Positions 9,124 through 16,448 of a stretch of DNA of 24,000 bases are shown piece after piece. The stretch is from Alphaproteobacteria bacterium (GTDB lineage Bacteria > Pseudomonadota > Alphaproteobacteria > Reyranellales > Reyranellaceae): NCBI GenBank assembly GCA_016870115.1, contig VGCH01000003.1, forward strand, positions 80,364-104,363, written 5' to 3'. Numbering within the stretch: position 1 is the first letter of the stretch; each line of letters opens with the position of its first letter. The notes under the pieces were generated by a model that saw nothing but the letters and a program-made list of their open reading frames with translations, was not told where the DNA came from and ran no database searches. The translations under genes were made by a program, and so were the position numbers.

Positions 9124-10377
9124 ATGAGCGCCGAGCCGCGGCCCGCCCTGGCGACGCTGATCTGGCGGGTGTTCATCCCTTTCGCGCTGGCGTACTTCCT
9201 GTCCTACATCTTCCGCGGCGTGAACGCGGTGATCTTCCCGTATCTGGAGCGCGACATCGGGATCACGGCGGCCGATCTCGGCCTGCTCACCTCGGCGTTC
9301 TTCCTGTTCTTCGCCGGATGCCAGCCGATCCTGGGCGTCATGCTTGACCGCTTCGGGCCGCGCCGCGTGCAGACGGTCCTCATGGCGACCGCGGCCGTCG
9401 GCTCGGTCCTCTTCGCCCTAAGCGGAACCCTTGGCGAGCTGATTCTCGCGCGAATCCTGATCGGACTGGGATTCGCTGGTGGTCTGATGGCGGCCATCAA
9501 GGCGATCACGCTGTGGTATCCGCCGGAGCGTTGGGGGCTGGTCACCGGCTTTCACATGACGGCCGGTGGCGTGGGCGCCATCGCGGCGACGCTCCCGGTC
9601 GAGTGGTCGCTGTCGGTCGTGTCCTGGCAAGGGCTCTTCTTCTGGCTGGCTGGCGCATGCGTCGCGGTCTCGGCCATCGTCTTCACGACAGTCCCCGAGC
9701 GCGCAGGAACCGCCGCGCAGGGCAGCTATGCCAGCCAGTTCCGCGCCATCGGCACGGTGCTGGGCGATGGATTCTTCTGGCGTGTGCAGCCGCTCCTGAC
9801 CTTCCAGCAAGTCGCCTACATCGCCTGCATGACGCTATGGATCGGCCCGTGGCTGCGCGACGTCGGTGGCGTCGCCGACAAGGCGGCGCGCGCGGACCTG
9901 CAGCTTGCCGCGGCGGTCTCGATGACGGTCGGCTTCGCGCTGAGCGGTGTCATTGCCGCCGGCTTACGCCGGGTCGGGATCGGCGACTTCGCTTCCGGAT
10001 CGATCGCTAGTCTTCTCTTCGCCCTGACCTGCGGCTGGATCGCGTTTCTGCCGGCGCTGCATCCGGTTCTGCCGTGGATCCTGTTCGCGTTCCTCGGCGC
10101 CTATCCAATCCAGTTCATGCCGCTTATGACCCGCGCCTTTCCGGCCGAGCTCGCGGGCCGCGTCAGTACGAGCTGCAATCTCGTGGTGTTCGTCGTGATC
10201 TTCGCCGGACAATGGGCCATCGGCCACGTGGTGGATCTCTGGCCGCGCACCGCGCAGGGCTACGCGCCCGACGGATATCGCTGGGCGTTCGGCGCCTTGT
10301 TCATCCTGCAGCTGTTCGGCCTTCTATGGCTGACGTTCTCCCGCGCCCGGCCACTCACCGAGCGGGCGGCAGCTTGA
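9124..10377 (+). CDS. MFS transporter
   Basis: ATG at 9124, 7 nt after the SGNH stop. About 12 hydrophobic segments and an MFS loop 2-3 motif (GVMLDRFGPRRV). The upstream part of ORF 8839..10377 overlaps the SGNH gene and was rejected. Confidence 0.8.
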   Translation: MSAEPRPALATLIWRVFIPFALAYFLSYIFRGVNAVIFPYLERDIGITAADLGLLTSAFFLFFAGCQPILGVMLDRFGPRRVQTVLMATAAVGSVLFALSGTLGELILARILIGLGFAGGLMAAIKAITLWYPPERWGLVTGFHMTAGGVGAIAATLPVEWSLSVVSWQGLFFWLAGACVAVSAIVFTTVPERAGTAAQGSYASQFRAIGTVLGDGFFWRVQPLLTFQQVAYIACMTLWIGPWLRDVGGVADKAARADLQLAAAVSMTVGFALSGVIAAGLRRVGIGDFASGSIASLLFALTCGWIAFLPALHPVLPWILFAFLGAYPIQFMPLMTRAFPAELAGRVSTSCNLVVFVVIFAGQWAIGHVVDLWPRTAQGYAPDGYRWAFGALFILQLFGLLWLTFSRARPLTERAAA

Positions 10378-11226
10378 GCGCGGCGACCAGATCGCGGACC
10401 TCCTGACGCGCCGCGACGTGGCTCATCGTCAGAGTCTGATCGACCCCGGGACGACGCAGATCCAGGAGGGTGAGACCGCTCAGGAACAGCTCGCGATAAA
10501 TGACCCGTTCGCTGAGGCCGGCGGCCAGTCGGAACCCGACGCGGCGCGCGAGCGCCTCAAGCGCAGCCGCCATGTCGCGTTTGTTTCGCGCCGCCAGCGA
10601 GGACAGCCGGTTGCGCATGACAATCCAATCAACCGGGGCACCTCCGGACGCCGCGCGGAGCTGGCGCTGCGTCCATACCGCCTCGGCGTAGACAGACGGC
10701 CGAACGAGCTTCATCGACTGCGGATCGACGCGGCCAAGCAAATCGAGGTCGACGAAACTGTCGTTGAGCGGCGTCAGGAGCGTATCCGCGAAAGTGTGCG
10801 CCAGCCGCGACAGGTGCGTGTCGGCGCCCGGCGTGTCGATGAGCACGATGTCGTGATTGGCAAGCGCGGGCACCAGCGCGGCCTCAAGAGCGGCCTCTTC
10901 CTCCGCCTCCTGCGTCGACCGGTCGGGCGCGTCGGAGCGCCGAACGGCGGCGTGTGTGGGCATCGGCAGAGCAGCGCCACGGGAAGCGGCCCAGGTCGCG
11001 CGGTTCTCAAGATAGCGCCCAAGCGTCGCCTGACGCGCGTCGAGGTCCAGCGTGGCGACGCGATGCCCTTCGCGAGCAGCGCCACGGCGATGTGCAACGC
11101 TGTGGTCGACTTGCCGGAGCCGCCCTTTTCGTTGCCGATCACGACGACGTGGGCGCGGTCCGGTCGCCCCGCCGGCCGCGCCTCAGCGACGCTGGCGTTG
11201 GGCGCCGGCCGGAATCCCTCGCTCAC
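10355..11226 (-). pseudogene. mipZ: division-plane positioning ATPase MipZ (ParA/MinD superfamily), interrupted by a 1-nt frameshift as sequenced
   Basis: The N-terminal 54 codons start at GTG 11226 (VVVIGNEKGGSGKSTTALHIAVALLAKG, a deviant Walker A) and lie in the frame of ORF 10774..11346. The continuation (HRVATLDLDARQATLGRYLENR ... IVLIDTPG ... NDSFVDLDLLG ... VIYRELF) lies in the frame of ORF 10355..10963. The switch is at minus-strand AAGGGCAT (plus coordinates 11065-11068). Confidence 0.8.
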
Positions 11227-13331
11227 GCGACCCGGCGGATCCAGACGGCGGTATCGTGGAAGACGGCGCCGCCATTGGGCCAGCCCGGATCGGCGCTGGT
11301 GATGGCGTTGATGCCGATACCGGTCTCGAAGTTCCGGTTCGGCCAAATCCCTTCGACGATCACGACGCGCCGCTGCTGGCCGTCGCGCGGCTGGGCCACG
11401 ACGATCGTGCTACCGCGCTCGTTGCCGACTTCAACGCGATCGCCCTCGCCCACGCCGAGCGCCGCGGAGTCCTGCGGGTGCATCAACGCCGTTGGCCGGA
11501 CCTCCCGCTTCAGCGAGCTCGGCGTCTCCGTGAAGGTCGAGTTCAGGAACGTGCGCGCCGGCGCCGCGACAAGACGGAACGGTTTCTCCGGCGTGGGATT
11601 GTCGATCACATCGAAATGGTCCGGCAGCGTCGGCATTTCGGCGCCGCGCGGCCCCCAGGCCTTCCAGTCGGGCTTGAAGCGGAACTTCTTGTCGGGCCAC
11701 GCAAATCCGTCGAGGAAATGGGACGTCTCGAAACCGAGATGGTAGTCCTGCCCACCCCGCTGCCAGTTGGTCTCGGCGTCCCACATGCCGGACTTGTGGA
11801 GCGTCTCGTCCATGATCTCCCAGACGGACATGTCGAAACCGCGGTGTCGGGCGCCGAGTCGACGCGCCAGCTCGGCGATGACATGGTGGTTCTCGCGGCA
11901 TTCCCCCGGCGGTTCAATCACCGCCTTGGTGACCTGGAAGAAGGTATGGCCGCTCGCCGTATAGAAGTCGTCGTGCTCCAGGAACATCGTGGCCGGCAGC
12001 ACGATGTCGGCGAAGGCCGCCGTCTCGGTCATGAACTGTTCATGCACGCAGACGAATAGATCCTCCCGTGCCAAACCGCGATGCACGAGGTTGAGCTCCG
12101 GACAGACCATCGCCGGGTTGGTGTTCTGGATCAGCATAGCCGTCACCGGCGGGCCGCCCGCCAGTGCGTCGGGATCGCCCGTGAGGATCGGTCCCAGCCG
12201 CGACTGGTCAAGCTCGCGCACCGACTTGTCGACCATGTCGAGCCCTTCGATCAACGTGCGATCGAGCGGGTACATGCCGGTATGGCCATAGAGCGCACCG
12301 CCGCCCTTGTACTTCCAGGCGCCGGTCACCGCCGGCAGGCAGGTGACGGCATGCATGTTGGCCGCGCCATTGCGCGAGCGGCTGAACCCGTGATGGCAGC
12401 GAATGAACGACGCCTTGCTGCGACCGAAGAGTCGCGCGAAGTCCACGATCTCCGCCTCATCGAGGCCGGTGATCGCCGCCGCCCAGGCGGGGGTGCGGGT
12501 CGCGACATGGGCCGCGAGCTCGTCCGGCGCGTCGGTGTAGCGGCGCAGATAGTCCCAGTCCGCGAAGCCTTCCTTGAAGAGGACATGCATCATCGCGACG
12601 GCGAGCGCACCGTCGGTGCCGGGCCGGATCGCGAGGTGAATATCGGCCTGCTCGGCGGTCCCGGTGCGGTAGGGATCGACCACCACGACCTTGGCGCCGC
12701 GTTTGCGCGCGCGCATGGCGTGGACCATCACATTCACTTGGGTGTTCACGGGGTTGCCACCCCAGATCACCACCAGATCCGAGTGCTCGCCGATCTCGCG
12801 CACATCCGCGCCACGCTTGGCGCCGACGCCCGCGATCCAGCCGGTGTCGGACAGCGTGACGCAAATCGTCGAATACCAGCGGGAATAGCCCATGGCATGC
12901 CGCAGGCGGTTGATGCCGTCGCGTTGCACGAGCCCCATCGTGCCGGCGTAGTAGTACGGCCAGACCGTCTCGGCGCCGAACTGCCGCGTCTTGGCCTGGA
13001 ATTGGGCCGCGACGATATCGAGCGCCTCGTCCCAGCCGATCTCGGCGAACTGCCGGCTGCCCTTGGGACCGGTCCGCCGCAGGGGCTTCATCAGCCGATC
13101 CGGATGATGGATGCGTTCGGCGTAGCGCGCGACCTTCTCGCAAATGACGCCGGCGGTGTAGTCGTTGCGCCGCGAGCCGCGCACGCGGCCGATCGTGCGG
13201 GCATCGAGTCGTTCGACATCGAGGGCACAGGTGCTGGTGCAGTCGTGGGGGCAGACCGAGGGGACCGTCACGATCCCGGTGGCGCCGCTGCGGCCGGCCC
13301 TTAGCGCCGGCGCATGATCTTCGGGGCTCAT
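11223..13331 (-). CDS. molybdopterin (bis-MGD) oxidoreductase family protein, cytoplasmic, paralog 1
   Basis: About 702 aa from ATG 13331 (MSPEDH). N-terminal Fe-S Cys cluster CPHDCTSTC...CEKV, MopB core (VVIWGGNPVNT, VVVDPYRT, IRPGTDGAL) and a C-terminal beta-barrel (HPQDAAALGVGEGDRVEV). No twin-arginine signal. The TTG at 13379 is an alternative start. The stop overlaps the mipZ GTG. Confidence 0.85.
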   Translation of the reverse strand: MSPEDHAPALRAGRSGATGIVTVPSVCPHDCTSTCALDVERLDARTIGRVRGSRRNDYTAGVICEKVARYAERIHHPDRLMKPLRRTGPKGSRQFAEIGWDEALDIVAAQFQAKTRQFGAETVWPYYYAGTMGLVQRDGINRLRHAMGYSRWYSTICVTLSDTGWIAGVGAKRGADVREIGEHSDLVVIWGGNPVNTQVNVMVHAMRARKRGAKVVVVDPYRTGTAEQADIHLAIRPGTDGALAVAMMHVLFKEGFADWDYLRRYTDAPDELAAHVATRTPAWAAAITGLDEAEIVDFARLFGRSKASFIRCHHGFSRSRNGAANMHAVTCLPAVTGAWKYKGGGALYGHTGMYPLDRTLIEGLDMVDKSVRELDQSRLGPILTGDPDALAGGPPVTAMLIQNTNPAMVCPELNLVHRGLAREDLFVCVHEQFMTETAAFADIVLPATMFLEHDDFYTASGHTFFQVTKAVIEPPGECRENHHVIAELARRLGARHRGFDMSVWEIMDETLHKSGMWDAETNWQRGGQDYHLGFETSHFLDGFAWPDKKFRFKPDWKAWGPRGAEMPTLPDHFDVIDNPTPEKPFRLVAAPARTFLNSTFTETPSSLKREVRPTALMHPQDSAALGVGEGDRVEVGNERGSTIVVAQPRDGQQRRVVIVEGIWPNRNFETGIGINAITSADPGWPNGGAVFHDTAVWIRRVA

Positions 13332-13378
13332 GCCGGCACGATACCGCGCAACAGGGCGCGGCGCTATGCTGGCGCCCA

Positions 13379-14995
13379 ATGATCGAGTTCGGCGTTCCCT
13401 ATGACGAGGCGATGCGGCGTTTCCGCTGGCCCCGTCCGACCCACCTCAACATCTTCCAGGAGGTCTGCGGGCGACACCACCCCGAGGCCCTGGCGCTGAT
13501 CGTCGAGAGCGCCGAGGGTGCGGTGCGACACTGGACATTCGGCCAGCTCGACCGGGAGAGCGCGCGGCTCGCGAATGCCCTCGCCGCCCGTGGGGTACGA
13601 CCTGGCGATCGGGTTGGCGTGTTTCTGAGTCAGGGCGCGGAACTCGCGCTGTGCCACCTTGCTTGCTACCGCATGGGTGCGATCGCGCTGCCGCTCTTCA
13701 CGCTGTTCGGTGAGGAGGCGCTTGAGTACCGAATGGCCGATGCGGGAGCTGTCGCCCTCGTCACCGACATCGTTCAGCTCGGCAAGGTCGATGCGGTGCG
13801 CGCCCGTCTCGCGGCTCTGCACACGGTCGTCGTGGTCGGCGCGGGCGCCCACGGCCGCGCGACACTGGATTGGGACCTGACGCTCGCCCAAAGCCGCGAC
13901 CACTTCGCCACGCTCGATACGGCCGCCGAGAATCCGGCGCTCCTGATCTACACCTCCGGCACCACCGGCCAGCCGAAGGGCGCGCTGCACGCGCACCGCA
14001 TGCTGCTGGGTGTCGTGCCGGCCTGCCAGCAATGGTTCGGCCATTGGCCGCGCGGCAACGAGATCATGTGGACGCCGGCCGAATGGGCCTGGATTGCGGG
14101 CCTGTATGACGCGCTCTTTCCGGCCTGGTACTTCGGGCTCCCGGTTCTGGCGCATCGCTTCGCAAAGTTCGATCCGGAGCGGGCCTTCGACCTTCTCGCC
14201 CGACATCGCGTGGCGACCGCTTTCATCCCACCGACCGCGCTCAAGATGATGCGTCAGGTTCCAGCGGCGGGCCTGCGGGAGCGGCTGGGTGTTCGCGCGA
14301 TCGGCACCGGAGGCGAGGCCATGGGCGCGGAGCTGCTCACCTGGGGACACGACGCGTTCGGCACCACCATCTCGGAAGGCTACGGCCAGACCGAGATGAA
14401 CCTGATGACCCTCAATTCGCCGGGCTGGTTCGATGTTCGCCCGGGTTCCTGCGGCCGCGCCTGCCCCGGGCGACGCGTCGAGATCGTGGACAGTACCGGC
14501 CAGATTCTGCCGACGGGCGCCGAGGGCCAGATCGCCGGCCACCGTGACGATCCGGTCGTCATGCTGGAGTACTGGCGAAAGCCGGACGCGACCCGGGCCA
14601 AGTTCGCGGGCGAGTGGCTCCTCACCGGCGACCTCGGGACGCGGGACGACGATGGCTACATCTACTTCAAGAGCCGCGACGACGACGTCATCACGTCGGG
14701 CGGCTATCGCATCGGCCCCGGTGAGATCGAGGAGTGCCTGATGCGCCACCCGGCAGTCGCGATGGTCGGAGTCGTCGGCGTGCCGGACAAGTTGCGCACG
14801 GAAATCGTGAAGGCCTTTGTTCAGCTGCGCCCCGGAACGGCGGGCACCGACGCCTTGCGATCAGAGCTGGCGGAGCACGTGAAGACCCGGCTCGCGGCGC
14901 ACGAGTATCCGCGTGCGATCGAGTTCGTCGAGGCGCTGCCACTCACGACGACCGGCAAGATCCTTCGCCGCGAGTTGCGACAGCGCGACCGCTGA
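13379..14995 (+). CDS. AMP-forming acyl-CoA synthetase / AMP-binding enzyme
   Basis: 538 aa. AMP-binding signature LIYTSGTTGQPKG, then EGYGQTE, TGDLGTRDDDGYIYFKSRDDDVI and the C-terminal lysine block (TTTGKILRREL). Confidence 0.88.
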   Translation: MIEFGVPYDEAMRRFRWPRPTHLNIFQEVCGRHHPEALALIVESAEGAVRHWTFGQLDRESARLANALAARGVRPGDRVGVFLSQGAELALCHLACYRMGAIALPLFTLFGEEALEYRMADAGAVALVTDIVQLGKVDAVRARLAALHTVVVVGAGAHGRATLDWDLTLAQSRDHFATLDTAAENPALLIYTSGTTGQPKGALHAHRMLLGVVPACQQWFGHWPRGNEIMWTPAEWAWIAGLYDALFPAWYFGLPVLAHRFAKFDPERAFDLLARHRVATAFIPPTALKMMRQVPAAGLRERLGVRAIGTGGEAMGAELLTWGHDAFGTTISEGYGQTEMNLMTLNSPGWFDVRPGSCGRACPGRRVEIVDSTGQILPTGAEGQIAGHRDDPVVMLEYWRKPDATRAKFAGEWLLTGDLGTRDDDGYIYFKSRDDDVITSGGYRIGPGEIEECLMRHPAVAMVGVVGVPDKLRTEIVKAFVQLRPGTAGTDALRSELAEHVKTRLAAHEYPRAIEFVEALPLTTTGKILRRELRQRDR

Positions 14996-15002
14996 GCCGC
15001 GG

Positions 15003-15143
15003 TCAGCCCGGCTGGTTGCCGATCACGACGCCCGCCGCGGCGAGCATGAAGGAAACGGAGGCGACGCGCGCGAGCCAAGGCGGCGTGCGCGCCTCGAAAT
15101 TGGCGATAGCCTCGCAGAAGGCCTCCAGGAACGAGCGATGCAT
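15003..15143 (-). CDS. unannotated 46-aa small membrane protein (hypothetical)
   Basis: Hand translation: MHRSFLEAFCEAIANFEARTPPWLARVASVSFMLAAAGVVIGNQPG*. GGGAGG lies 5 nt upstream of the ATG. The ATG is 12 nt after the TGA of the upstream secreted-protein gene. It has one C-terminal hydrophobic helix. It falls below the length cut-off of the ORF track. Confidence 0.4.
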   Translation of the reverse strand: MHRSFLEAFCEAIANFEARTPPWLARVASVSFMLAAAGVVIGNQPG

Positions 15144-15155
15144 GGTGGCCTCCCG

Positions 15156-16244
15156 TCAGTTGGGGCTAAGGGCGCCGGCTTCCGGCGGCTTGGGCAGGCC
15201 GCTGAGCAGCCGGGTCGGCGACTTCGCAGGTGCCTGCAGCGCCCCATCGGCGGCCTGCTGGACCTGGCTTTCGGCGGAGGTGCATTGCTCGACGCGGGTG
15301 ACGCCGTTGTTGGCGACCTGCGGCGGCATGTCGAGCACGCTTCGACCGCCGGCCGGCTCCAACACAATGCCGGAGATCGTGGCGCCGCCGCCGAACTGGA
15401 GATCAAGATCCTTGCCGCCGATCGACACGTCGAACACCAGCATCGGCGCGTGGCGCGAGCTCGAGGCGCGCACGCGGCGCAAAGCATCGGAGCCATCGCC
15501 GAGCACCGCGGCGACGCCGGCAAACTCGCCAGCCTGCACGTCTACCGTTCGGCCGTTGATCGTGACCTGGCCGCCGAAGGCCGCGCCGTTCCCGGAGTGG
15601 CCAACCTCACCGGTGATAATCACGCGGTACTCGCCGTTCTTGGGCACCGGGGTACGGAAGCGGCGGACATCGCGGAGTGAATCGTCGGACAGGTCATCCT
15701 TGACGATCTCCGCTACCGCGCGCGCACCGCCGACCAGGCGGGGATCGCCCGGGACGACCGCCCGGAAGCCCTGGGCCGGCTTGTTGCCGACGGGCTGAAA
15801 ATCGAACGCGAGAGCGCCGCGCGGCGGCGTGAAGTTGGCGCTGACCGCGACCGGCACCACGTTGGCCGCGCAGGTACGGCCCGCGGCCACCTGAATCGCC
15901 TCACGAACCGTGTCGCGACGGCAGCCCGGACCGCCACGATCGCATTCGCCACGGAAGGCCTCGAAGACGCCGCGAGAACGGTCGACCATCGCGCGGCGGT
16001 CGCCGCCGGCATCGCCCAGGTACGACCGAAGTCCGTCCCGCCACCCGGAGTCGTTGTTCGCCATCCCTTGCGCCACGCGCTGCGCCTCGGCGACCTGGAC
16101 GCCGTCACGCGACTGGGCGTGCCCCTGGGGCGTGCCTGCAACGACGGCCACCAGTCCCAGCAGGGCGGCAGGCCACCATTCGGCCAATCGGGTGTTTTCC
16201 AGGCGGGGAATCGGCGCATAGCGCCGAAACGAAAGGGCGGACAT
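15156..16244 (-). CDS. hypothetical secreted/periplasmic protein (Cys-containing N-terminal region plus beta-rich domain)
   Basis: 362 aa with balanced composition, unlike the overlapping Arg/Ala/Pro-rich plus-strand ORFs. It has a signal peptide (WWPAALLGLVAVVAGTPQGHA/QS), several Cys residues, and beta-sandwich-like repeats (FDFQPVGNKPAQGFRAV, GEYRVIITGEV, VTINGRTV). I do not recognise the family. Confidence 0.6.
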   Translation of the reverse strand: MSALSFRRYAPIPRLENTRLAEWWPAALLGLVAVVAGTPQGHAQSRDGVQVAEAQRVAQGMANNDSGWRDGLRSYLGDAGGDRRAMVDRSRGVFEAFRGECDRGGPGCRRDTVREAIQVAAGRTCAANVVPVAVSANFTPPRGALAFDFQPVGNKPAQGFRAVVPGDPRLVGGARAVAEIVKDDLSDDSLRDVRRFRTPVPKNGEYRVIITGEVGHSGNGAAFGGQVTINGRTVDVQAGEFAGVAAVLGDGSDALRRVRASSSRHAPMLVFDVSIGGKDLDLQFGGGATISGIVLEPAGGRSVLDMPPQVANNGVTRVEQCTSAESQVQQAADGALQAPAKSPTRLLSGLPKPPEAGALSPN

Positions 16245-16448
16245 GGCAATAACCTTGGGGTTAGGGTTATCAGCGACGCAAAATCTAGTTGTCTCTCAAC
16301 AACGAACTACAAGATATTGAAAAAAACAAAAATATGCGGGGACAGCGAACGATCGCTATGCCTTCTTTCTCATATTTTCAATTAAAAAATTCAAATAAGG
16401 CTCCAATTCTAAAGGAGAATCGTTCTCACTAATCCGGCGGAGCTTGCG
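16245..16448. other. AT-rich intergenic island (~38% G+C) between the ABC exporter gene and the secreted-protein gene
   Basis: Hand count gives 68 G+C in 180 nt (16261-16440). A-tracts at 16320-16332 and 16383-16397. Inverted repeats: GTTGT-N6-ACAAC (16288-16303), ATAACC-N10-GGTTAT (16249-16270) and GAGAA-N3-TTCTC (16415-16427). Confidence 0.9.
16320..16362 (-). terminator. candidate intrinsic terminator of the cyaY-ABC operon
   Basis: Minus-strand RNA reads GGCAUAGCGA-UCGU-UCGCUGUCC. That is 9 of 10 pairs, counting one G-U wobble and with one mismatch. It is followed by CGCAUA and then UUUUUGUUUUUUU. The U-tract is offset 6 nt from the stem, so the call is only moderate. Confidence 0.35.

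Noticed and set aside
10774-11064. The 3' part of ORF 10774..11346, considered as a genuine alternative protein.
   Set aside because: After LLAKG the frame reads an Arg/Pro-rich nonsense sequence (IASPRWTSTRVRRRLG...). The MipZ-homologous sequence continues in another frame, so this is a frameshift by-product. The AAGGGC site is not a canonical slippery heptamer, so programmed frameshifting was also set aside.
13332-13379. TTG start at 13379 for MopB1, giving 16 extra residues (MGASIAPRPVARYRAG).
   Set aside because: It is a rare start codon and would sit back to back with the synthetase ATG. ATG 13331 is preferred, but the TTG cannot be excluded without N-terminal data.
13364-14749. 461-aa minus-strand ORF antisense to the acyl-CoA synthetase gene. 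Similar long antisense ORFs occur at 12081..13304 (+), 18852..19910 (-), 20268..21125 (-), 8280..9176 (-), 622..1581 (-), 10418..11302 (+) and 21815..22840 (+).
   Set aside because: Their composition is Arg/Ala/Pro/Gly-rich with no recognisable motifs, and each lies fully opposite a gene with clear family signatures. Long stop-free antisense frames are expected in ~2/3 G+C DNA.
16257-16269. Telomere-like GGGGTTAGGGTTA (two TTAGGG units) just upstream of the secreted-protein gene.
   Set aside because: There are only two units inside a bacterial 5' UTR. It is better explained as part of the ATAACC/GGTTAT inverted repeat around the ribosome-binding site.
16068-16385. 105-aa plus-strand ORF running from inside the secreted-protein gene across the AT-rich island. 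A 33-codon ORF from ATG 16334 was also considered.
   Set aside because: There is no RBS. The first half is antisense to a supported gene, and the AT-rich part reads as low-complexity Lys/Asn/Ile text. I see no evidence of coding.
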